DNA of 64,000 nt from Nitrospirales bacterium (GTDB lineage: Bacteria > Nitrospirota > Nitrospiria > Nitrospirales > UBA8639), in the NCBI GenBank assembly GCA_965223295.1, contig CBDCWC010000003.1:1536001-1600000 (forward strand), written 5' to 3'. The position numbers and the translations under genes are program-made. This document shows positions 1 to 9,735 of this stretch, piece by piece. Under the pieces are notes generated by a model. It saw nothing but the letters and a program-made list of their open reading frames with translations, made no database searches and was not told the DNA's origin. Position 1 is the stretch's first letter, and each line of letters begins with the position of its first letter.

Positions 1-861
1 CCATTCGAGCGGGTATTCAGGTTTTTACATCCTGATGGAGCAGTGCGGCGGGTCTTAAGCCGGGCGGTACCTATTAATGATGAATCGGGACGGACGATGG
101 TGTATCAGGGATTTAATGTGGATATCACGGCTTTAGAGCAAATGCGGGCGCAGTTAAGCCGATCAGAACGGTTGGCCACATTAGGACAAGTCGCGGCGGG
201 TATCGCCCATGAAATTCGGAATCCCCTTGTAGGAATTGGTTCTACCGCTTCTTTGTTAATCGAAGAGTTTGAAGAAGGGGATTCTCGGTGGGAGGATTTG
301 ACGATTATCTTAAAGGAAACACGGCGTCTGGATCGTATCGTGAATCAAATTGTCGACTATGCACGTCCGAGAGAGTTTATTCCCGTGACTTTTCAACTCG
401 AGGACTTATTGAACGAATCTCTTCAAGTCCTATCGAAGCCGATTGAAGAAAAGGCTATTCAAGTTTCTCATGTGTTTCCAGATGATCTCTGTGCACTTCA
501 AGCCGATAGGGACCAATTGAAACAGGTAATCTTGAATATCTTGCAGAATGCCATTGAAGCAATGCCAGAAGCAGGAACCTTACAGGTCTCTATCCATGAA
601 GAGCCATATGAGCATGAGCCAGGTCTTCGATTGAAGGTTGAAGACTCGGGGAAAGGGATTGACCCGAATGTTCTTTCACGAATTTTTGAGCCATTTTTTA
701 CGACCGGAAAATATCGAGGAACCGGCTTAGGGTTAGCCATCTGTCGCAATATCATTGAAGCGCATGGAGGGGAGATTTATGCCGAGAGTCAACTGCAGGT
801 TGGGACGACGGTTTCGATATGGCTTCCCTGCGTCTGCCAGCCACAACTATCTATGGTGTAA
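1..861 (+). CDS. PAS-domain sensor histidine kinase, 5'-truncated by the window edge
   Basis: Frame is open from base 1 (PFERVFRFLHPDG..., PAC-like). H-box AHEIRNPL, N-box ILNILQNAIEA, G boxes DSGKGI and GTGLGL. Confidence 0.93.
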   Translation, partial: PFERVFRFLHPDGAVRRVLSRAVPINDESGRTMVYQGFNVDITALEQMRAQLSRSERLATLGQVAAGIAHEIRNPLVGIGSTASLLIEEFEEGDSRWEDLTIILKETRRLDRIVNQIVDYARPREFIPVTFQLEDLLNESLQVLSKPIEEKAIQVSHVFPDDLCALQADRDQLKQVILNILQNAIEAMPEAGTLQVSIHEEPYEHEPGLRLKVEDSGKGIDPNVLSRIFEPFFTTGKYRGTGLGLAICRNIIEAHGGEIYAESQLQVGTTVSIWLPCVCQPQLSMV

Positions 862-863
862 CG

Positions 864-2252
864 ATGCGGGCAACAATTTTTGTGACAGATGATGATGAAG
901 TCGTGCGTCAGGCTATTACCCGACGCTTGGCTAAACGTCAACATGACATACGCGGTTTTGATTCTGGCGAAGCTTTATTGGAAGCTCTTGATCACGATAT
1001 GCCTGACATCATTTTTCTAGATTTGAAAATGATTGGGTTGAGCGGGCTAGAAACACTAAAGCAGGTGCGCTCAAAAACACAGCAAGCCTTGGTCATTTTA
1101 CTCACGGCCTATGGCACGGTTGAAAATGCCGTGGAGGCTATGCGCCTGGGTGCCTATGATTTTCTCATTAAAAGCGTGGATTTGTCAGGAGTGGATCCGG
1201 TAATCGATCGAGCGTTGGAATACCTGACATTGCGTCGTCGTGTCGACTTTGAAACACAAGACCGGCCGGGGCGGTATTCTTTAGAAAGTGTCGTATCCAA
1301 TAGTCCCAGCATGAAGGAATTAGTCGGGCAAGTTCAGGAAATGGCGCAAAACCTTAAAACCACGGTGTTGTTATTTGGAGAAACAGGAACGGGTAAGGAA
1401 TTCGTTGCACGTGTGCTGCACCATAATGGCCCCAGGGCGCAGGGGCCTTTTGTTGGAGTAAATTGTACGGCCATTCCGCAAGAGTTATTTGAAAGCGAGT
1501 TGTTTGGCTATGAGCGGGGCGCATTTACGGGAGCGCATCAACGGAAACCGGGGTTGTGTGAACAAGCTGAAGGTGGCACCCTGTTTCTTGATGAAATTGG
1601 CGATTTAAACCCTGCGATGCAAGCAAAATTGCTTCGGGTTTTACAAGAACGGTCATTTAAACGTTTGGGGGGGCGTCAAGACATTGATGTTGATTTCCGT
1701 CTCGTTGCGGCCACGAATCGCGATCTTCGAAAAGAAGTGGCACAAGGGAATTTTCGAGAAGATCTGTTTTTTCGATTGAATGTTGTCTCGCTAGATCTTC
1801 CCCCGTTGCGTCAACGCGTCGAAGATATCATTCCTCTCGGCTTGCAGACATTGGTTCGGCATAGCCAAGACTTGGGAAAAGATGTCACGGCGATCGATCC
1901 CGACGCACAGCAATTTTTAGAGCGGTATCAGTATCCAGGTAATATACGGGAATTGCAAAATATCATTGAACGGGCTGTCATCTTTTGCCGGGGAAAAAGT
2001 TTGACGAGTGGAGACTTGCCCCGGGAAGTTCATGAAGCCGCGCAGTCTTCCGTCAATGTTGTGACACAGGGCGACCAACCTGTTGTGCGCATCGAAATGA
2101 AACTGGGCGAACAATCGCTGGGGGATATTGAAAATACGTTGATCGAGGAAGTCATGCGCGTCTCGGATTTTAATAAAAGTTTAGCGGCGAAACATTTAGG
2201 TATTACACGATTTGCTCTCGACCGCCGTCTCAAAAAACAGGCGGATGCATGA
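864..2252 (+). CDS. Sigma54-dependent response regulator (NtrC/AtoC family): REC-AAA+-Fis HTH
   Basis: REC (FLDLKM), Walker A GETGTGKE, GAFTGA loop, FLDEIG, C-terminal HTH (AAKHLGITRFAL). Start placed at ATG 864, just after the kinase stop. Confidence 0.95.
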   Translation: MRATIFVTDDDEVVRQAITRRLAKRQHDIRGFDSGEALLEALDHDMPDIIFLDLKMIGLSGLETLKQVRSKTQQALVILLTAYGTVENAVEAMRLGAYDFLIKSVDLSGVDPVIDRALEYLTLRRRVDFETQDRPGRYSLESVVSNSPSMKELVGQVQEMAQNLKTTVLLFGETGTGKEFVARVLHHNGPRAQGPFVGVNCTAIPQELFESELFGYERGAFTGAHQRKPGLCEQAEGGTLFLDEIGDLNPAMQAKLLRVLQERSFKRLGGRQDIDVDFRLVAATNRDLRKEVAQGNFREDLFFRLNVVSLDLPPLRQRVEDIIPLGLQTLVRHSQDLGKDVTAIDPDAQQFLERYQYPGNIRELQNIIERAVIFCRGKSLTSGDLPREVHEAAQSSVNVVTQGDQPVVRIEMKLGEQSLGDIENTLIEEVMRVSDFNKSLAAKHLGITRFALDRRLKKQADA

Positions 2253-2275
2253 AGTCATGCAGCAGGCCACGACTT

Positions 2276-2371
2276 TTAGTCGTCTTTTTTCTTTCGGCTT
2301 TTCACCAAAACAATGATGCCAGCAATCCCGATGGCCAAAGAAAGAAATCCAAGTAAGGCTAACCCTTCCAT
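2276..2371 (-). CDS. 31-aa single-pass membrane micropeptide MEGLALLGFLSLAIGIAGIIVLVKSRKKKDD
   Basis: Read by hand; below the ORF-track cutoff. GAGGG SD-like motif upstream, one hydrophobic segment, then a basic tail. Confidence 0.6.
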   Translation of the reverse strand: MEGLALLGFLSLAIGIAGIIVLVKSRKKKDD

Positions 2372-2453
2372 TTCAATCCCTCTATCTTGGTATCCATGAC
2401 GTGCAGACCTTGTAGTATGTTACGAAAGTACAAGGCTATTTGCTCTCTCCTCT

Positions 2454-2891
2454 TCAGGCATCATACCGAAAACGATCTCGATATTCTTCTGGCGGGACGT
2501 AGCACGCATCCAGCGTTCCCCGCAACTGATAGCGATGCCGGGCAATGAAGTCATACACCCCATCTCGTAAATTTTTTGGTAGTAAAAGAAAGACCGAGAA
2601 GATCGGCCAGAGGCCTTCAAGCTGGCGGGCAATGTTCAGGGCTGCCGTTGACTTGGTCAAGTGGCCGTCGGGAGTAATTACGACAAACGTCGAAAATTCT
2701 TGTTGTGGCAATTCATACTTGGACAGGAATTGTTGTCCAAGAGGGGATTGGAGTGGGGTAAATTGAAATCGTTTCCCGGTATCACGGGTGATGAGAAATC
2801 GAACCCATCCAGTGCACCATTCGCAGACTCCATCAAAAAGAATCAACCATGGGGTTTGGGGGAGATGTTGAGAAAATGGGATGTGCTTCAT
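2454..2891 (-). CDS. DCC1-like thiol-disulfide oxidoreductase (DUF393/YuxK family)
   Basis: ILFDGVCEWC (DxxCxxC) and C-terminal YDFIARHRY motif. Start uncertain (ORF is open to 3050; MKHIPF at 2891 preferred). Confidence 0.85.
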   Translation of the reverse strand: MKHIPFSQHLPQTPWLILFDGVCEWCTGWVRFLITRDTGKRFQFTPLQSPLGQQFLSKYELPQQEFSTFVVITPDGHLTKSTAALNIARQLEGLWPIFSVFLLLPKNLRDGVYDFIARHRYQLRGTLDACYVPPEEYRDRFRYDA

Positions 2892-3061
2892 CAAAATGGT
2901 TTGTTCCAAATTCTTATCTAGTCCATACAGCTTGGCAGTTAGCTTGGCAGTTGAATCAATCATCTGTCTAGTACGACTAATATCTCTTGAGACAAGCGCA
3001 AGATTGTCGGATGATGGCTCGCTTGGTACAATGGCGTTTTTCATGAACATGCCATCGCCTC

Positions 3062-5389
3062 ATGCTTGCTGATGTTGTTCTGCCAAGTCGGCGGTTTCAA
3101 GTCTTTACCTACCAGGTTCCTGCACAATTGGTGGCTTCTATCCATATTGGAAGCCCGGTTACCGTGCCATTAGGGCCGACGGTCATTTCAGGACTCGTCG
3201 CGAGTATCTATGATCATGAATCGTTGGTACCTGAAAACAAGCCACTTCGCTACACGTCCTTGCGGGCCATCCTTACCGTGGAAACGGAAACCTCTCAGGT
3301 TCCCCTGGGACGAAATCTGTTCCGGCTTGCCGAGAAAATTTCGGCCTATTATCTCGTTCCGCTTTCCACCTGTTTGCGGCTTATTGTCCCTCCCTATTCC
3401 GTAAAGATGAGCAAACGTCTTCTGCTCACGGAAGAGGGACGTGCAGCATTAGGGAAATCATCACTCTCAAAAACGAGCAGGGCCGTACTTCGTAAATTGG
3501 AGCATGCGCCCAATGGGTTGCTCCGTTCCTCTATGACCCGATCGATGAACGATGCGGATGTGGCAGCCACGTTGGACTTTGTGAAAATGAAGGGATGGGT
3601 CGTTGAGAAAACAGCGAGTCATTCCCATTCCAGAGGAAGAAAACGTCCACGCGCTTCACGGGCAAAGTTTGAGACCCCAAATTTATTCGATTCTCTGAAT
3701 CAAGGTGACAAGTCTTTTGAGGAAGCGTGGATTGAAACAGGTTCTTTTGTAGACGTGTCATTTCCGTTTTGGTCAACCATGGCCAAGGCAATACGTGCCG
3801 GTGGGTTTCAGGAAGTCTCTGTAGTGGGTGTGGAGTCAGTTCGACGAAAGCTTCTGCTAGAAACTATCAAAACCATTAACAAACAAGGAAAGCAGGCGTT
3901 AATCCTGATGCCTGAGGTACACCAGGCAGAAACCTTGGCTGACGATCTGCAGACTATTTGGAAAGACCAAGTCGAAGTCTATCATGGACAGCTTTCTTCA
4001 TTTGTGCGTGTTGAAGGATGGGAACGAATTCATCAAGGAGAGGCTTCTATCATTGTGGGAACGCGTTCCGCGCTGTTCCTGCCTTTTGCCGATCTTGGCC
4101 TTGTGTGGGTTGAAGAAGAACAAGATGCGTCTTACAAAGACGAACATCTTCCCTATTATCATGCGCGGGAAGTGGCCCGGATGCGAGGAGAAATTGATAG
4201 GGCTCTGGTGGTATATGGCGCCACTTGCCCATCGTTGGAATCCTATAGCCGGTTTCCTCTTCCAAACTCTAATCACGCGGAGCCGTTTAATACCCAGGTT
4301 TTGCATAAGGATAAGCCAAAGGTGGAGATGATTGACCTCGGTTCTTTGCCATTTGGCACAACGCTGGCTCCCCAGTTAATGATGAGTGTGAGGCGTACGT
4401 TGGAGGCCGGACAACAAATTATTCTATTGTTGAATCGGAAAGGGTTTTCTCGTGCGTTGATTTGCCAGGACTGCGGGCAGGCACCAAAATGTTTGAACTG
4501 TGGGCTCACTCTTATGCTTTTTCATCGTCCTGCTCGTTTGGTCTGTTCCTATTGCGACAACAAACAGGAAACTCCGGAGATTTGTCCAAGTTGCCAGGGA
4601 TCGATTTTTCGCCATTCAGGAATGGGGACTCAACGACTAGAAGAGGAGCTTGCCGAGCTAGTGCCACCATATTCAATAGCACGTTTGGATCGTGAAAATG
4701 TGAAGACGATGGAAGAAGCCAACAGAATTTTGCAGCAATTTAGGCAGCAGAAGATTCAAATTCTGATCGGAACGGAATTCTTGCTTCACCAAGCCATTCC
4801 ACCAACGGCTCCGTTGGTTGTCTTACCTCAAGCTGACCTTGGGCTGCATATCCCAGATTTTCGATCATCTGAGCGCACATTTCAGATGCTGTCCAAAGCT
4901 GTTGCCTTAGCGCAGAATGAGCATCAGCTAGGACAGGTTATTCTTCAAACTCGAATGCCAGATCATCATGTCCACCAAGCTATTTACCACGGTGATCCCT
5001 GTATATTTTATGATCAAGAATTAGAGCTGCGGGAGGCGTTAGGGTATCCGCCAGCCACGCATGTCATTTTGTTAGTCATCACAGGTGCCCAAGAGCATCG
5101 AGTAAAGAGGGTGGTTGATCGTTTAAGTACGCAGTTGGCTGATTGTGGTATGAAGGGGAGAGTGGGTGAAGAAGAGAAAGGACTGCTCTCATTGCCAATT
5201 GCTTTAGGACCGATGGCGTCAAGAAAATCTGGAAGTGCAAAAAAGAACCGAACCTTGTTTCTTATTAAAACCGAAAATTTGGCAGACACGAAACGTCATC
5301 TTCGGCAAATTCAAGACATCTTGAAAGAACAATTCTCTAAAGATGGGGTTGTCTGTGAAATGAACGTGGATCCAATTACTATTCAGTAG
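3062..5389 (+). CDS. priA: Primosomal protein N' (PriA) with degenerate helicase motifs
   Basis: N-terminal 3'-binding domain (FTYQVP), GTRSALFLP, LNRKGFS, four CxxC Zn motifs, PDFRSSERTFQ, YPP. Confidence 0.9.
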   Translation: MLADVVLPSRRFQVFTYQVPAQLVASIHIGSPVTVPLGPTVISGLVASIYDHESLVPENKPLRYTSLRAILTVETETSQVPLGRNLFRLAEKISAYYLVPLSTCLRLIVPPYSVKMSKRLLLTEEGRAALGKSSLSKTSRAVLRKLEHAPNGLLRSSMTRSMNDADVAATLDFVKMKGWVVEKTASHSHSRGRKRPRASRAKFETPNLFDSLNQGDKSFEEAWIETGSFVDVSFPFWSTMAKAIRAGGFQEVSVVGVESVRRKLLLETIKTINKQGKQALILMPEVHQAETLADDLQTIWKDQVEVYHGQLSSFVRVEGWERIHQGEASIIVGTRSALFLPFADLGLVWVEEEQDASYKDEHLPYYHAREVARMRGEIDRALVVYGATCPSLESYSRFPLPNSNHAEPFNTQVLHKDKPKVEMIDLGSLPFGTTLAPQLMMSVRRTLEAGQQIILLLNRKGFSRALICQDCGQAPKCLNCGLTLMLFHRPARLVCSYCDNKQETPEICPSCQGSIFRHSGMGTQRLEEELAELVPPYSIARLDRENVKTMEEANRILQQFRQQKIQILIGTEFLLHQAIPPTAPLVVLPQADLGLHIPDFRSSERTFQMLSKAVALAQNEHQLGQVILQTRMPDHHVHQAIYHGDPCIFYDQELELREALGYPPATHVILLVITGAQEHRVKRVVDRLSTQLADCGMKGRVGEEEKGLLSLPIALGPMASRKSGSAKKNRTLFLIKTENLADTKRHLRQIQDILKEQFSKDGVVCEMNVDPITIQ

Positions 5390-5413
5390 GATACCATTGC
5401 CAGTGCCAAAAAA

Positions 5414-5851
5414 TTACCGTGATTTCTTTTTGGATTTCTTCCTTGGGGGTGTGCCTGAAGAAGGTTCAGGGAAGGGGTGGTGACTGATGGAGCCCTGGGT
5501 GCGTTTAAAGATTCCATAGGCAAAGGTCATCCAAAACACTCCGGAAAAGAGACCAAATATAACAGCGTTAAAAATACGTTCTAATTCTTCCATCGGTGGT
5601 TCAGGCCCTAATTGTTGTAGGTCAGCCATTTGCATCAAAGGCCAAGCAATACTTTCTACTCCTAATAGTAAGGTACATGCAGCCCAGATGTAGCCGATAG
5701 ACGAGCATTTCCAGGCCAGGATCATTGCCAAACCGATACCAATAGCAATTCCAAGTGGTATGGGTACTGCCCCGAGCAAGAGCCACAACCCTATTGTAAC
5801 CGTGAGGCTCCCCAGCACGGCATTAAGTTGATGCCATAGATTACTGTTCAT
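5414..5851 (-). CDS. Hypothetical membrane protein (about 4 TM)
   Basis: 145-aa ORF with several hydrophobic segments and a basic C-terminus. Confidence 0.75.
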   Translation of the reverse strand: MNSNLWHQLNAVLGSLTVTIGLWLLLGAVPIPLGIAIGIGLAMILAWKCSSIGYIWAACTLLLGVESIAWPLMQMADLQQLGPEPPMEELERIFNAVIFGLFSGVFWMTFAYGIFKRTQGSISHHPFPEPSSGTPPRKKSKKKSR

Positions 5852-5949
5852 AAGACATATTCTTTATTCTTCGGGTGTAAAATGCTCACACCATATCACA
5901 GCTCTTTTCCCTAGAGCAGCTGAGGAATGAAAATGTGGATATTTAGCGA

Positions 5950-6822
5950 TTATCGACCAATATCGGCTAGGGGTTCGGAAGAGAGAATATATTCTCCTCG
6001 AGGATTATTTGTGAAGGTATTGGCCTGGGGTAGCTTCTCAGGTTCCGGGGTGGGGTGGGAATCTGGTGTCATGACTATTCCCCACTGAGCGTTCTGTTCA
6101 AAGGTATTGTCCAAAATTAGGGCTTGTGCCTGCGAAAAGAGCAAGAGGCCACTTAGCATATTATCGCGGCAAATGTTTTTAACCACATCTGGGCGAGTAT
6201 TCTCATCTCGAGCCGCGATACCAAAGTGGTGATTTCCGAAACAGTCATTCTGCCGCAAGTAGGGTTGAGCTCCGGCAAACGAAAAAATACCGGATTCTCG
6301 GTTATGACAAATCTCATTCTCTTGCAATGTTGGACGACAGTCGGGACCATATATGACCACTCCTGAGAGGAGCCCCTCTGTGGCCCGGCATTGAGAAATC
6401 GTACATGCTGAATCCAAGATGTTGATGGCTGAATGTTGGTCACTGCCCACATACCGAAAGGTCATGCCGCTAATTTGCCCACTTGAAACTCGTTGTAAGT
6501 AGCAGGGGCCACTTCGTCGATAATAAATGGTGACAGAGTCACGTCCTGCACCAATTAAATGAATTGGCCGTTCGGTAATGGTGACACGATCTTCGTAAAT
6601 CCCGGGTCTGACGAAAATTTGATCATTCGATTCAGCTTGTTTCAATGCTTCGCTAGGAAGGGCAAAACAATCTGGTTGATTGGGATCGACGATTAAGGTT
6701 CGTCCTCCAAGCGGATTGGAAGGAGGCTCAGTTAAAGAATGTGGTTGACTGCTCAGAAGTTTTACTCCCCTGGCAAGGGTGACTTGGCAATGAGTGGAAT
6801 GGGTAAATCGGTGTTGTACCAC
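5950..6822 (-). CDS. Right-handed parallel beta-helix (pectin-lyase-like/CASH) protein
   Basis: IFVRPGIYED motif, then ~23-aa repeats (NEICHNRESGI, NDCFGNHHFGI, NICRDNMLSGL). Start uncertain. Confidence 0.85.
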   Translation of the reverse strand: MVQHRFTHSTHCQVTLARGVKLLSSQPHSLTEPPSNPLGGRTLIVDPNQPDCFALPSEALKQAESNDQIFVRPGIYEDRVTITERPIHLIGAGRDSVTIYYRRSGPCYLQRVSSGQISGMTFRYVGSDQHSAINILDSACTISQCRATEGLLSGVVIYGPDCRPTLQENEICHNRESGIFSFAGAQPYLRQNDCFGNHHFGIAARDENTRPDVVKNICRDNMLSGLLLFSQAQALILDNTFEQNAQWGIVMTPDSHPTPEPEKLPQANTFTNNPRGEYILSSEPLADIGR

Positions 6823-6942
6823 ATCTATCGTGACTTCTCATCCACGAAATGCTGGGGACATGCCACAGAAGAACCTTGTTAATGATGACAGGGGTCAAGA
6901 GGTTGTTGATCGTACGGGCGGGAAAAATTGTTACCTAGAAGT

Positions 6943-8436
6943 CTATAAACTCGGGAGCCATGTGATGAGTCGCTTCAGAATCTTCAGGGTAGGGTGTTCG
7001 CGCCAACACCCTTGTTTCCAGATCATCCGTTGAGAAGTTTTTTTAGCCCAATCGATATTATCAGAATCGCAATTTCCGGTGATCATACATTGCCTGTTGT
7101 ATCGTCGAAGAGCTTCAACGGCTTTACAGTCTGCTAGTTGGTTAAGCGCCCATCCGTAGTTCAGCCAGTACCAAGGTTTTTCTGGTTTCAGCTGGACTGC
7201 TTTTTTGAGATAGGGTAGCGCTTGTTTAGGGCTATGTAGATCAGCCAGATACAATCTTCCCAGTTTGCCTACGACTCTGTGGTCGTAAGAACCATACGTC
7301 AAGGCTTGAGTCAACACAATTTCCGCTTCTTGCAACTTGCGGTGGCGCGTGAGTCTCCAAGCGTAGCGGCGGAGATTTCCTGGATCCAGTTCATCAAGCG
7401 CAATAGCTTTAGCTTGCTCCTCCAATGCTTCTTCAGGACGGTCAAGAGCTTGGAGAGCCCGTGCTCGATAATCATAGACATCCGCTACTTGTGGGCGGGC
7501 TTGGAGGGCCGCAGTGAATACGTCCAGGGCTTCTTCGTCCCGATCAAGGTAAAACAGGGACTGTCTATAGCTGAAGGAATAATAGTAATAACGTCCGTGT
7601 TTAAGCGCGGCTTTATAATGTGGAATAGCATTTTCTTCGTCATCATTCCGGTCGAACATTTCTCCTTGGATGTAATCCGGAAACCCTAAAAGAGGCCTGA
7701 GATTTGAATTTCGGTCTAGCACAGGTAAGACTTCTTTTTTGAGGAATGCGTCTGTATTTGCAAGACTGTCCTTAAGAGGCATGCTACTCCACTAAGGTGT
7801 TTGGCTGTATAGATATTTCCATCGTATTGCGAATGAATTAGGGTCGGCCTGGAGGCCTTTGAGGGTATATTGGAGAGTCCCATCTCTATCTCCCAAGACC
7901 ATAGCAATATTGATCAGGAACGCGTACGGGATCCCAGAGTGTTTTTTTAAACTGGAGGCAAGCTTAAGATCCTTCCAGGCTACTGCAAAATTTTCTTTCA
8001 TGCCTAAAACCCGTTCATTTGGAGTATCTGAGAAAAACGCGAATCCTCGGCATTTCCACCCTCTATTCCAGTAGTACATGCCACGGGCAAGGTGGGCTGT
8101 CCCTTTCGACTTTTTTCGAGCCACCCATTCATTTAGTTTTTCTTCAAGATCGGCCGCAGAATTAGCAAATGCGTGGTAGGCGGCTTCCACGTGTTCTTCT
8201 GGAATGTTCTTGGTCTGGTACAGACGTTCCTGTCGAGTGAGAATCTGTTCTAACTTTTGGTAATGACCTTGGCGTAGATGGTTGAGAAGTTCAAGCCGAT
8301 CCAAAAACTCGGCATGGACTATTTCTGGAGAAAAGAAAAAGACTAGTAGGCCGAACCATAAGCCTAGTGCTCGGATTGCTGGCAGAGTTTGAGGAATCGC
8401 AGGGACGAGAAAAGAGTGATGAGCGTGACGTACCAT
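6943..8436 (-). pseudogene. DUF4034-like/TPR exported protein interrupted by one in-frame TAG at 7792-7794
   Basis: ORFs 7792..8436 and 6943..7782 share a frame and read ...YSQTP-TAG-WSS-MPLK... N-terminal signal-like segment and C-terminal TPR-like repeats. Confidence 0.8.
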
Positions 8437-8695
8437 GATGAAATCCCGGGAATAGGTGAACTGTCTTTATTCCCTTTCGGTTGGGATTGTTGTTTAGTGT
8501 AGGAGGAATCTCTGGAGTTGTTAATTATTGGACCTTTTCCCAGTGACGGAAATATAAAAAGGTAGCCTCACAATGAGGAATCAAGAAATCCTGCGTGATT
8601 CCTGAGAGGCAGAGAGTAGTTTATTAGGAGGGAATAATTGTCATTCATCCCTCGCAAACGGAACTCTAAGTTACAAGGAAGACGAGGATAGTGAG

Positions 8696-9373
8696 TTAGT
8701 TATTCTCGAAGGCTTGGCGAGTGGCAAAGACTTCCCCTGGATGGATCAACAACAAGCAGTCTCCATCAACGGGATCTTTGTGAAACAGCGCGAAGGCAAG
8801 GCAAAGCTGCGGCGTCGGTTCCGGGGGAAACTCTAAAAGTACGGGAACATCAATTAGGGGTGTGGGCTCCTTCAGACTGGCCAGGCGAAGTCGCACGGCA
8901 ACTAAGGTCTGGCGGATGCGGGTGTGAATGTGTTGTTCGGTAAGATCTGGAGAGGAAGTAATGTATTGCTCCCAGAGCGGATTCGTCATGCCTACACAAA
9001 AGTCTAAGCCGATACTTTGCGCCGATGGAGTCACATCTTTAAGAATCCCGGATTCGATGGCCTCTCGTCGTATGCGAATGGTGAACTGTTTCAGGTCTGG
9101 TGGGATTTCTTGAGCGTTCACCGAATCGGGAGTTGTCAATTCCAATACGCTATCGGAAGAAGAGTCTTCTCTATGGTCAATCAAAGCGGGCAATTCAGGT
9201 AGGGAAGGATCCTCTGAGACAGGAAGTTCAGAGGGGTCATTGCCAAGGGCTTGTATGATGCCTTCATAAACGGATTTGGCAGAAGCGGTCCAATTTTCAT
9301 CTTGAGGCAATCCACGAAAAGCGGCTTCTGAGGCCTTCTTTTCGTCATGCGTTAAAGGGCGTGGTGATATCAT
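8696..9373 (-). CDS. Hypothetical protein; C-terminal half resembles DUF6573-type proteins
   Basis: 225-aa ORF with an acidic/proline linker. RREAIESGILKDVT resembles the RxxAIxDGxLxDV motif (recalled similarity, not searched). Confidence 0.65.
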   Translation of the reverse strand: MISPRPLTHDEKKASEAAFRGLPQDENWTASAKSVYEGIIQALGNDPSELPVSEDPSLPELPALIDHREDSSSDSVLELTTPDSVNAQEIPPDLKQFTIRIRREAIESGILKDVTPSAQSIGLDFCVGMTNPLWEQYITSSPDLTEQHIHTRIRQTLVAVRLRLASLKEPTPLIDVPVLLEFPPEPTPQLCLAFALFHKDPVDGDCLLLIHPGEVFATRQAFENN

Positions 9374-9458
9374 ACTTACAAGGTAAGTTAATTTGACAGA
9401 AAGTCAAGTATTACCAATGAATTATTAATAAAAGTAAGTAAGTAGCCTTCTTCCTTGT

Positions 9459-9496
9459 GAGCGAAATCGCACTTTCATCACAGAGCGAAAACGCTC
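9459..9496 (+). promoter_or_regulatory. Tandem palindromic enhancer-like sites (candidate bEBP upstream activating sequences)
   Basis: GAGCGAAATCGCAC (9459-9472) and GAGCGAAAACGCTC (9483-9496), 24 bp apart and 110-150 bp upstream of a sigma54 motif. Confidence 0.6.
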
Positions 9497-9604
9497 TTTT
9501 TTATAATATCCACCATAAATATATAGAAAATAGTTGCATGAAAATTGTTAAATTATATAAATATTTCAATTGTTTATGTGTTTATTTACGACACAATTAA
9601 ATAT

Positions 9605-9620
9605 TGGAATATAATTTGCA
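9605..9620 (+). promoter_or_regulatory. Sigma54 (-24/-12) promoter
   Basis: TGGAATATAATTTGCA has GG-N10-GC spacing. An AT-rich tract upstream holds the IHF-like TTTCAATTGTTTA (9564-9576). Confidence 0.65.
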
Positions 9621-9663
9621 GAATAATCATTGTATTACGTTAATTTATTGTAAGGAGCAAACA

Positions 9664-9735
9664 ATGGATCCACTTTTTGATTTAGCCATGATCGCCGTAG
9701 TTGCCATTATGGTTGGTTTTAATATTTACGGGTAA
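9664..9735 (+). CDS. 23-aa hydrophobic micropeptide MDPLFDLAMIAVVAIMVGFNIYG
   Basis: Perfect SD TAAGGAG (9651-9657) 6 nt before the ATG, directly downstream of the sigma54 motif. Confidence 0.65.
   Translation: MDPLFDLAMIAVVAIMVGFNIYG

Noticed and set aside
2892-3050. N-terminal extension of the DCC-family ORF up to 3050
   Set aside because: It has no family features and would leave only 11 bp for the divergent priA promoter; a later start is more plausible.
7792-7794. Genome-wide TAG recoding or pyrrolysine insertion
   Set aside because: TAG is a normal stop for other genes here (priA, mrpF, both HD-GYP paralogs) and no pyl genes are in the window.
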